Assembly: GCA_000002435.2 (NCBI GenBank)
Contig: CM018793.1
Length of the DNA: 64,000 nt
Strand: one strand, 5' to 3'
Source: Giardia intestinalis
Lineage: Eukaryota
The translations under genes and the position numbers were made by a program. Below, piece after piece: positions 45,927-57,000 of the stretch; within the stretch, counting starts at the first letter, position 1; every line of letters starts with the position of its first letter. The notes beneath the pieces were generated by a model. The model did no database searches, was not told the origin of the DNA, and was given only the letters and a program-made list of their open reading frames with translations.

Positions 45927-48011
45927 TCACTTCTCAAAATTGGAAAGAAACAGGGCAATTTTCTTATAATCACCTTTGCGTGCCAAGTCTATTGCACGTT
46001 CACCCTTGTTATTAGTTAGCCCTGCCTCCACATCAGCCAGCACCATCACATTGTTGATGTAGCCGGCCTGTGCTGCATACATCATTGCTGTCATTCCGAA
46101 AGAATCCTGACACCGACCCTCGTAAGGGAGTAGTATCTTGATCATGTTTGCTTTGATTTGGTTTGCTCCTATCATCATGGCCGTTTTACCGTGAATGGTC
46201 TGGAGTCGAGCCTCATAAGGAGCAAGCAAAGAAATACAATCTGTGCGTGATTTGTGTGTTGCGTTTATGAGAGCGGACCAGCCCTGAGAGTCCTGAATTT
46301 TCTGTTCTTTGTCAATCAGCAGGCTCGCTATGTCTGTATATCCATACTGAGCCGCTATGTGGAGAGCTGTGGCTCCTTTATCTGACTGAAGACAGGCCTC
46401 TACATCTCTCAGTAGGCGGACTATTTCCAAGTGCCCAAACTTAGCAGCATTCATCAGTGCTGTCCAGCCTTGATTGTTGCGCCGGCCAGCCTCACGTTCT
46501 AGCAAGATCTGAACTCCTTCAATATTGCCAACACGGGACGCATGCATCAAAGCAGTCCACAAGTTATTATCCACTAGTCCGCTTTCATGTGCGACAAGGA
46601 AACGTATACACTCATTGTGGCCCCGCAGTGCTGCGTACATCATTGCTGTCATTCCGAAAGCATCCCTGGCCCCGACCTCCTTTACGCTCTCTGTAAGAAG
46701 AGCAATGTCATTGGTATCTGCAGCTTCCATGAGAGAGGTTGCATAAACGGGCTGACCGGCAGATGCAAGAGCCTCTTTGGTTCTTTCAGCAGCCACGAGA
46801 AACCCTGCTTTTAAACAGGCAACATATGGTGGCTCCCCGGTGAAGCATGGGATGTCATATTCATATGGAGCCAGGAGAACAGCGACAGGCTCGCTTTTAA
46901 AGGCAAGCGCCATGTTAAATGCGGTTTGCTGGTCATATGATAGCATTCTAGTCTCACTCAGCAAAAGTTCTGCAATATCTGACCGACCAAGCTTCGCAGC
47001 TAACATCAAAGCCGTCCATCCAGCCTCGTTCTGATGTTTGTGTTCTAAGGAGCACTCTGCTAGTAGTCTAGCGACATCCCACTGGTGAGATTTCAGAGCA
47101 AGCACAAGCGCTGTATTTCCATGCGAATCTTGCTTTCCCGCTTCCCCAAGCAATAAGCTCACACACTTGACTGACCCTAATTTAGCAGCATACATGAGCG
47201 CTGTTTGGCCTTTGTTGTCCTGAGCAAGAAGTTCATATTCTAACAAGATCTCCACTGCACTGAGCAGGTTCAAACTAGCTGCTACCATGAGAGCGGTTTG
47301 TCCTTTCGCATTTTTCTGTTTAGCGCATGCTCGCAGCAAACCTCGTGGAAATGCTGTTTGCCCTGACTGCAAGAGGTTTATCAGTTTAGTATTTTCTTCT
47401 GCGCACTTACACCTAGAATCTAAACGTTCCTGAATAAGCTCATAGATAACCGGCGCTGCGCTTTCAGACTCTGCTGATAATTGATGCCATAACGCAGATA
47501 GGCTTTCAATGCCCCTAGGTTTCTTGAGAGCTGCAGACATTATCAGAACAAATACATCGACGTTACCGCTTACTGCAGCATAGTATAATTCAGTTCTGCC
47601 TTGTGAATCGACATGTCCCAGTTCTCGTTGTAATAGAATAGGAACAAGAGCGAAGTTATGGTGGATAAGCGCATGCATTAGTGCAGTGTGTCCTGCTTTA
47701 TCCTGAATCCCTGCCTCGTATTTAACAAGCAGTTCTGCTACAGAAGCATAGTTTAGTTTGGAAGCCACCATAAGCGCAGTCTCTCCCGAAAGCGTCTGGA
47801 GTGTCATTTCGTGAGGTAATAGGATGCTAACAAGGAGCGTATCATTGAGACGTGTGGCTTCGATCAATCCTGTCTCACCATCTCCATTCGCACAAAATCG
47901 CCTAAAGCGAGCAAAGCGATTCACATTTTGCCTAACGGTATTTCTATCTGAGCGCTCTATAGCCAAAAACCACAGTGACGGAGATAGAAGCAAAGGCTGA
48001 GAAGACGCCAT
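45927..48011 (-). CDS. Ankyrin-repeat protein (Giardia protein 21.1 family), 694 aa.
   Basis: About 18 consecutive ankyrin repeats (GxTALMxAAxxGxxxxVxLL) and no other domain. Confidence 0.8.
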   Translation of the reverse strand: MASSQPLLLSPSLWFLAIERSDRNTVRQNVNRFARFRRFCANGDGETGLIEATRLNDTLLVSILLPHEMTLQTLSGETALMVASKLNYASVAELLVKYEAGIQDKAGHTALMHALIHHNFALVPILLQRELGHVDSQGRTELYYAAVSGNVDVFVLIMSAALKKPRGIESLSALWHQLSAESESAAPVIYELIQERLDSRCKCAEENTKLINLLQSGQTAFPRGLLRACAKQKNAKGQTALMVAASLNLLSAVEILLEYELLAQDNKGQTALMYAAKLGSVKCVSLLLGEAGKQDSHGNTALVLALKSHQWDVARLLAECSLEHKHQNEAGWTALMLAAKLGRSDIAELLLSETRMLSYDQQTAFNMALAFKSEPVAVLLAPYEYDIPCFTGEPPYVACLKAGFLVAAERTKEALASAGQPVYATSLMEAADTNDIALLTESVKEVGARDAFGMTAMMYAALRGHNECIRFLVAHESGLVDNNLWTALMHASRVGNIEGVQILLEREAGRRNNQGWTALMNAAKFGHLEIVRLLRDVEACLQSDKGATALHIAAQYGYTDIASLLIDKEQKIQDSQGWSALINATHKSRTDCISLLAPYEARLQTIHGKTAMMIGANQIKANMIKILLPYEGRCQDSFGMTAMMYAAQAGYINNVMVLADVEAGLTNNKGERAIDLARKGDYKKIALFLSNFEK

Positions 48012-48095
48012 AAATCTTGAAATAAGTGGATAGGATGAGTTACAAAGGACTGCAAAGGACTAAAAACACTGGTAAACACAACAGAAGCCAGGGTT

Positions 48096-51000
48096 TTGGA
48101 GCGCGGCCCACAAGTCCCTGATTTGGATTTAAAAATGAGCACAGACGCAATTACTTCTAGCCGCTTCTATCCCTATCTAGCTGACCTGAAATCTATCGAT
48201 CCAAACATCTACACACGCGCAGCAATGGCGATTCGCATGCAAGTCGAAAAGGACAGTAGACAAATGCTTGCCGATCCTCGTACTCTTTTTATATCTGATC
48301 TTATGAGTTTTATAAGGAATCTTGCCACTTCCTCAAGCTACGAAGACAGACTCGCAAGTCTCTGGGTCATGAGGGAGCTCATCCAATCCCGTCCTACCAT
48401 TAGCATGATTCCTTTGACGTACTTTGAAGAAATCGCCCTTGAACTTGTCAACGACCCTTCTGAAGTTATTATTCTTACTAATTGCGTTTTCATTGGTCGA
48501 TTGATCAACGCTGAAGGCCACGGAATAGACTTTGTTCCAAAGTTGTTTGTAATAAGCATTGATAAAATTAAGAGCGGAGACTCAACAAAGGTCTACACTG
48601 GCATGCTGCTATTCAATGACCTAACTGAGGTGGAGACCAGTTTTGCCATAGATATCTCCAGCGAAGAGTTTCTTGAACCAATCTGGCATGTGATTACGGA
48701 AACGCGAAACAGCAATATCAAGGAAGTGGGCTTCAAGGCTATTAATAAATTCATATCCTATCAAAAGAAAGCTACAAAGCATGACGTTCTGGTACGTCTC
48801 ATAACAATGATTAGAGCTGCGCTAGATGGCAAGAACATTTCTGAGCAGCTCATTGCCCTGCATCTGCTCCTGAACATGCTTAATTTGTCAGTCAAAGACA
48901 AGTCGATAGCAGACTATTTCCAGGAAAACTACAGCAGTTTTTTTTCTCTCGTCGCCAATATCTTCCGTTCTAAGACATCCGAGGGGCGTATGCTTGTTGC
49001 ATCCATTATCTCGCTTTTTGCTAAATTAGACCCAGAGAGATTTTGCACAACTGAACGGCTACAGATGATACTGACATTTTACAAGAAAATGATACCCACA
49101 CAACAGGAGCTGTTTATTCCTCTAGGAGAGTTCGTCATAGTCATAGGGGAAAAGCACGTTAAACCAATTTTCAATGACTTAATCAATCTCATCACCTCAT
49201 CTTTTAAGTCACAGAATTTCACAAAGGCAGGGAGTATACTACCACCGGAGCCTCTCAAGTGTATCCAATACATTACAAAAGGGGCGCCGAACCTCGTCCA
49301 GAAACATGTCACTTCGATTTTGGAATGCATCTTCTCTGTGGGACTCTGTGAATCTCTCACCTCTGCTCTTCAAGACCTTTCTGCAAATTTACATAACCGG
49401 CTACTGGATATCCAAGGCCTACTTCTTTACTTGGTCGCCAATGAGCTGGGTGGAATCAACTTGTTTCTTTCCAATGCTTATGGAGTAATTGATGGGTCAG
49501 AAGATTACTATCTTGTGCTTACGGAGAATCAATCTCAAGCAGTTGCTGATGGACATGACTCAGGCGTCCTTGACTCCCAGACTTCCATTATCCCCGGGAC
49601 ACGACCCTCAACTACCCAAGCCACCACTCACGTGGAAGATACGCGCACCAATGAAGATGCGATTGAGCTGGCTCACGACTTATCTATTACTGGTCTCAAA
49701 GAGGAATCGGAGCAATGTGACTTTAAAAACTCTCTTTCTGTCTATCAAACTGTTACTACATCAGCCGGTATAACGGCGTTATATAAGCTTTCAGATCGCA
49801 TTGCAACAGCATTAGGAACCAGCAAGCTTCGTCCCCGTCGCCACTCCACAAGTGAAGCCATCCTTTTAGCATTCCAAGCGCTATACGATTTTGACTTTAG
49901 TTTATTTGATCTGACAATCTTTGCAGCTGATTACCTGACGCGCTATCTCCGGAATGACAGTAGCACACTTCGCATCAAAGCAGCTCAAACTATTCTAAAG
50001 CTAATGTCTGAGGACCACTTTGAAAAGATACGGCGTGGAAAGCACTCGCAGTACAAAAGTATGACTATAAAAGCGGAGGATTGTCACTCTTGGGCTGGGT
50101 CCACTCTTGGAGAGGCTCCGACGCCATCCGGTGGAGCCACAATTATCCCACCTGCTGTTGTTTCCAACCAATCATTCGCTACCACTATTAGCCCCAAGAC
50201 TAGACATATCAGAACACACTCTAGTTCTCACCTTGATGACATGAGCTCCACAAGCTTCTGTATTAACCAGGACTGCATTTTGTCCCAAGACATCCTTAAG
50301 TCGAGCGATCTAGGCACTGATGGCTTTTTTAATTCGGGTCCATACCGACACATGCTTATATCTGACACGCTGCGGCAAATCATTATAATAGGAACCACAG
50401 ACATCGATCCGGAGGTCCGCATGTCTATAATTCAGGCGTTAACCACTACAAATAGGTATGATATATATCTTGTGCACGAGAGCAGTCTCAGGACCCTTTT
50501 TATTGCTTTGTATGATGATAATATTGAGATACGCATCCTTGCCGTGAAGTTGATAGGCCGTCTCTGTTCGTTGAATCCTGCGCTTGTGACTCCCGAAATC
50601 AGGCATCTTATTCTCGTTCTATTGACAGAACTCCGTCTGACCACAGAAAATAATAAGAGGGCTACATCCAATGAGCTGATCGTCAAGATATTTAAGTTTT
50701 GCGGGTCCATTGTTCTCCCTTACGTGCCCATGGTATATTCAGCTGTCATGGGGCTCATTTCAAAAGACTGTGACGACGAGTACTTGCTGATTACATCTCT
50801 TACAACTCTTGCTGAGCTTTTCACTATCGGCTCCACTAGTATGGTACATTGTCTAGCAGAGGTCATTCCTCTTCTGATTACTTGCATTAAAGAAGAGACG
50901 TCAAAGACTCTGAGACTGACCACCACCCGATGCTTTGTTCGGATTGTTGAAGCAACATCATTCGTCGTCTTCCCATGGTTTATTTACCATGATCTCTTTA

Positions 51001-54000
51001 CCATAGTGTTTGGTATCCTTAAAAATGATACATCTCAGGAAATACGTCTTGAAGCAGCCAAGCTTATAACGACCATCGGCGCTATCGATCCCATATTCTA
51101 TCAGAATGGGAAGCCGGATCTATCTGCGCTTGTTCCTCCCACCAATCTGACCTGTAAGTGCCAGTCCACCGACGTCTTTTCCTTAGACTATATCATGGAC
51201 GAGTCTAACATCTGGGTATGCCACAAGGGTGAAGGAGGCGCAGCACAAGAAGCGTCTATCAAATCGCATGGAAAGGCGGTTGTCAGTCCAATAACGGGCC
51301 ACGTCGTGGAGAACGTCTATATTATGAAACTGGATAGCGGATCCGAGGTTTCTGCTAATGTCTCTGATTTTGAGTTGACTCTAAATGTGATTATGTCTAC
51401 ACTTTACTCTATCCTGTCTGAGAGCACCTTAGACATGTACCACTATGACGCCGTTGTGGTCTTTCGAACAATTATCCAGACAGAATGCACAGCGATAAGC
51501 CTCCCAATGGTGCCTAAGATAATATCTTTAATTCTTGAAAACATACAAAATTGTAAGGTATTCATGCAGGAAACAATGCTTCGCGAGCTCATTCTTATAA
51601 TATCAAGCATCGGGCACCACGCACACTCTTATGTTTCTGATATTTTTGACATAATAGAAGTGCTGTGGGCGAACCAGCAGCTCATAGAGCTTATTCTTGC
51701 GCTCCTCGAAGAGGTGAGTATTGTATTGGATTTGTCTTTAGGAAACTATGGCTCGCAATTTTTCCTAAAGTTTGTAGGTCTTTTCACTGTGCTAAAGTCA
51801 TCCCAGGAGATAAGTGACTCTGCAAAGAAGCTTCTTATAAGGGCTTGCCGGTCTGTTGTGGCCCTCTCAAGCCTATTCTCAAACCACATACATTTAATTG
51901 TGGACCTTCTTTGCTCTGGGATTCGTAAGCAGAAGCTGGGTAAAGAGCTCCGATTCGCTCTTCTGGATACTCTCTCTCGGCTTACTATTTGCACTAACCT
52001 TTCCCGCTTTGGAGCAAGCATAATCCATCCTATCCTCGAAGTCATCATGGAAGCAGATCCTTGTACGTCTGTAGAGCATAATAAGAATGCAAACCCCGAG
52101 AAGGGTCTGAATCCTATGAACATAGTTTCTTATAAAGCATTTGAGGTCCTGCACTTTATTTGCGCTCAGTTTGGCGTTTCTGTGACTCTTTATATTCCTG
52201 TCATTACCGAGTGTCTTCTGAAGGTTGGCTTTACTTCTGGTCTTTTGGACTCCATCTTTTCCTTACTACTACGACGCGAAGAAGTTGATCCAGTTACTTT
52301 TTATCGCCTGATTTGTGAGTGGAAGAAAAAGCAAGCTAAAAAATTCTCTGAGTATACTTCCTTGGCTTCCTTGTTGGCCATGTATGAGACTCCAGTTACA
52401 CAAGATACACTTCTTTATATGGAGAGCATCTCAAACAAGGTACCTGGCGACGATAAAGATGCTATGATTCTGGTCGTTAAAGATATCAACTTCGATGATA
52501 TAGGCAGTGTGATTAATTATCTTCACACATCATCTACATGGTTTGGGGACGATATGCGCCCGCTCCCGGCAGGCGCGATAGGCGTGCATAGCCTTTCTAT
52601 TCAGGAAAACGACATGCTTAATAAGCACGTCACCATTCCTCAGCAGATATGGCGCGCAGACACATGCAAGAAGAACGAAGAGTGGCGTCATTGGCTTTCA
52701 AATCTTAGCCTGACCCTTCTCCAATGTTCTCCTCTTAAATGTCTGCGGGCATGCCATAAGCTGGCCACTTCCTATCCTCGTGTAGCACGTGATTTATTTA
52801 ATTACTCCTTCCTTGCATGCCTTTCTGAGACATACCCCAGCAATAATGAGCACAGGAATTATATCGTTGAGTCTATCCGGTCTGTATTTCTATCACAGAA
52901 CTGTCCGCTAGATGTTCTACAAATTTTGCTGGATTTGGCAGAGTTCTGGGAGAACAGGTCCCGTGAGTTCAGCACCACGTTCAGCCACAATTTCTTGGGA
53001 GAGGTAGCCGAGCGATGCCATGCGTATACGCGCTCTCTGCGCTACAAGGAAACAGAGTATGCACAACACCCGATAGAGGCAGTTGGTCGTCTTATTGCAA
53101 TTAATTATAGTTTAGGGTATGAGGAGACGGCCATAGGGACTCTGAGGGTTGAGTGCAAGCGGCTTAACTTCATCTCTACAAACCTAATCTATGACATATT
53201 GCTACGTTGCCTATATACGGGGTTGGATGACGTTTTCACAATGATGCAAAGGGAAGGAGGCCTTGAGCCTGGGGCAGCTGTTAATTGTTCAGCAGAGTCA
53301 ACCTTGGAGCGTATTATCAACAAGGTTGTTTCGAAAATTGTCACAAAGGCTTTAACAGAAGCGAAGAAAATTTCCAATCTTAACCAGTCCATTCCCCAGC
53401 AACTTGTGTCTTATGGCTCGATAGGTGGCATATTTGTTGAGGGACGGCCCGTGATGTCTGGGCCAGAGGGCAGCGTTCTTCAGGTAGACTATAATGAAAT
53501 AGGTATTTATTTAAGCGCGCTGGCGCGAAGGATGCTAAAAAGCAAGCTTACCTATCAATACCCCACCTTTCTGATGTATGAGGAAAACCTCTTTCAATCA
53601 GTGCTCAAGACTCTTCGCTACAAGGCACAGGGACACATGCAAGATCTCTACGGCCCCAGTCCTAAGTGGTTTGAAAATGTGTGTCTTTGGGACAAGGCTC
53701 TTTCTGGGTACAATCGTCAGATAGATCAGCTAAAGCTAAGCCTCAAGTCTAATACATCTGAGGCACGAACTCTACTTCCGATGCTCGTTAACCTCACGAA
53801 GGATAAAATTCGTTGCTTGTTTGCGCTTGCTGATTACTCGGCCGTCCAGGAAGAAGCCGATCAGTTGCTAAATTACCTGTCCTCTGAATCTAAAGAAGAA
53901 GCAGGGCTCACAACAGTAAAACATACACTCATCAAAGGATTTCAAGCAGATATTGCAACATATGCTGCATGGAGTCTTTTGGAGCAAGACCAAGAGGACG

Positions 54001-57000
54001 TGGAAATCTGGCTGCGAGTCCTTCCAGAAGACAATATCGATGGAACAATTATACGTGCCACATCGTATATAAAGGCGAACAAGATGTTGGAGGCCCATAA
54101 GTTGCTGTGCAAGCTCCGTCTACGTATTGATCCCGATCTGATTGGATTGAGTGCGGAATCGTACACCCGTGCGTATAACCTGTGTATCCTCTTACAGACC
54201 ATTACTGAACTCCAGAACATAATCTCGTATAAACTAGCTCTCAACGGACTGAAGTTGGATGCGCCGTCGACGTTAATAAAGGAAGGAGGCAATCCTTATG
54301 AAAACATTTTTGAAACGACTTTGATTTCATTCAATCCGCCCCCGGGATTTGCTGACACAGAAAAGGAACGCTTACGGTTAATGTGGTCTCGAAAGATCTC
54401 TATGATTCGCTGGGACTGCGAGTCTTGGGAAGCTCTCCTTCGGGTCAGGCGGCTCATTATCTTTCCAATCGAAGATCAAGAAGTGTGGATTCGCTTTTCA
54501 GTTTTGTGCCTTCAGAGTGGGCGTGTGCAGCTAGCCAGAAAAACTCTCGAAACGTTCATTAACTCGTCATCCGTGCATCACATTAAAGTCTCTAAAAGCC
54601 GAGGACTCTACACTCTTCTTGGTCTTACTTCGTTCGGCACTCCTCGGCGCTACCTCAAGCACGGGTCTGGTGATGTTTCTACGGGAGGAAGCGTAACGCC
54701 TATTGGCTCTGCACTTGGGGCCGAGATGGGAGTAGTACAAGATCTCAGCGCGGTTGGCTCATCTCTTGCCAAGTACCTACTTAAGGATGGCGTTGTGAAA
54801 GACGCTTTCACTGCTCAGCAGCATGTGGCTCTACCAACTTCGGACGTTCTCAGTATTGCTTCTCACTCTGTTGCTAAGCCGACGCTTCAGATGATTGCTA
54901 ACGCTTCTACTCACCAAGGTCAAAGCATCGAGAAGGAAACTCCTCTGTCAATAGTTGGCCAGCAATGCGATGATGCTAAGCGCAATGCACAGCGTGATCT
55001 CTTCAACGCCCTCATACCGCCTCTCAATCATGTCTACCCTCATGTGCTATACGCCTATTGTAAGCACCTTTGGGTAAGCTCAAATGAGAATGTGTTAGAG
55101 AAGCTCGTTGCCTTCACGCATCTAATCCGTCTATGTAATGATGTCTCTATCCAAAAAACAGAGCCAAAACTTGTTTGTCGTATGCTTATTCGTCTTGGGG
55201 CCTGGTATTCCGACCTGCTAACGCCTCTTGATCACAAGTCATGTAGTATGATAGGGACAATATCTCCCTCAGAAGGCTATGTCAATATTCCTGTGCAGGA
55301 CACAGTAACCAGCTGCTCTGCTATATGGAACTCTATCGTGAACAACTGTGATGCCGATGCTAGCGTTTGTAGCACTACGTATGAGGCGACCGAGCATTCA
55401 GCTGAACGTCTAGAGCTATCATCTGCAAGTACACTAGATAAGGCAGTCGCCAAGTTGGTTGACAACATATTGCTGGCGTACGATGAACTATCAAATGTAT
55501 CTCTGGAGGAATGCAATCAGTACAATACTGTAGGCATGTCCCGTATAGGCCTTATCGCGCTGGAGTGGTTTCAAGTTGCTGCAGATCGCGATGAAACAAG
55601 CAATCACATTTGGAAATGCATCAGCCACACAACGTATGCTATTGTTAACAGCTTTGCGGCTTATATTGACAAGTTGAATGATCGTCCCGGTGTAGATGGC
55701 GGGCTACAGATAGTAACGCGTCGCAGCTCTGTTGACGCCACTAGTGATGCAGTTGGGAGTACATCAGAAGCACTCAGTCAGTCTGTTCAAGATAGCGACA
55801 GGCCACTAGTTTGCCCAGAGCACCTTGGCTTCGTGCAGAATCGGCAAGTTCTTTTAGAAAAGGCCAAACTGGAGTACCTTGTAGAATCTATTATCGCTCA
55901 CTTTAAGTGCATAGAGACTGGGCGCTCCATCGAAGCGCTTCCAACGACGCTTCGTCTCATGACGCTCTGGTTCCGGTATGGCAGCTATGACGAGGTAGAG
56001 ACAGAAATAATTAATGGACTTGCTGCGGTGCCAATTAATATCTGGCTAGACGTAATACCACAGCTCATTGCACGCCTTCACTCACCACAGCATAAAATAC
56101 GACTTCTTGTTCATCAATTACTTGTTCTCATAGGAACAGAGCATCCTCAAGCCCTTATCTATCCGTTAGTTGTGGCTAGTAAGAGTACGATCTTAAACCG
56201 TCGCGTGGAGTCCCTAAGCATTGTTGACCAGATCCGCCGTACTAATGAGGCAATGATCTTAGAGAGCCTTAACATAAATAAGGAGCTTCAGCGGGTGGCT
56301 ATACTGTGGCCTGAAATAGCATACGATCTCATCACTCAAGCATCTACGGCATTCTGTGAGGAGCCAAGAGATCTGGTCAAGTTCTTCAACTATGCATGTC
56401 AGCTACAGCTTCTAGCCAGCAGGACCCCAGAGACACAGTCTGAGTCTGTCTTCATACAGATGTTTAGCAGCCAGCTTCAAGCTGCGTGGGATAGCTGTCG
56501 TCAATTTCCTGTGACAAACGACCTTGTCTGTCTCAACATCGTAATGAAGCATTACAAAGAAATATACGACAGAATTCACTCTGAACTTCCGTTTCTAAAT
56601 ACGATTGATCTGCTGCAAACCTCTCCTCTTCTGTACAATATCTCCAATACCAATCTCTGTGTTCCTGGAAGCTACCATCCTGCAAGGGCTATTACCACAA
56701 TAGTCAAGTTTTATCAGAAGGTTTTTGTTATTCGATCAAAGCAGAGACCTAGAAAGGTTGGTCTGGTTGCATCTGACGGAGAGTATTATGCGTTTCTGCT
56801 GAAAGGACACGAAGATCTGCGGCAGGATGAGCGGGTTATGCAGCTCTTTACCTTAATTAACAATTTGTTAATGAATGACTCATACTGTTCTCGCCGCGGT
56901 CTGATGGTCATGAAGTATCCAATAACACCCCTGTCGCAGAATTCAGGGCTTCTGTATTGGGTACCTGGATGCGACACAATAATTTCTTTAATAAAGGAGT

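Noticed and set aside
45870-45930. Short direct repeat TTGTCACTT x2 upstream of the ankyrin gene, considered as a promoter element.
   Set aside because: A 9-bp duplicate in AT-rich spacer occurs easily by chance and no known Giardia motif matches it.
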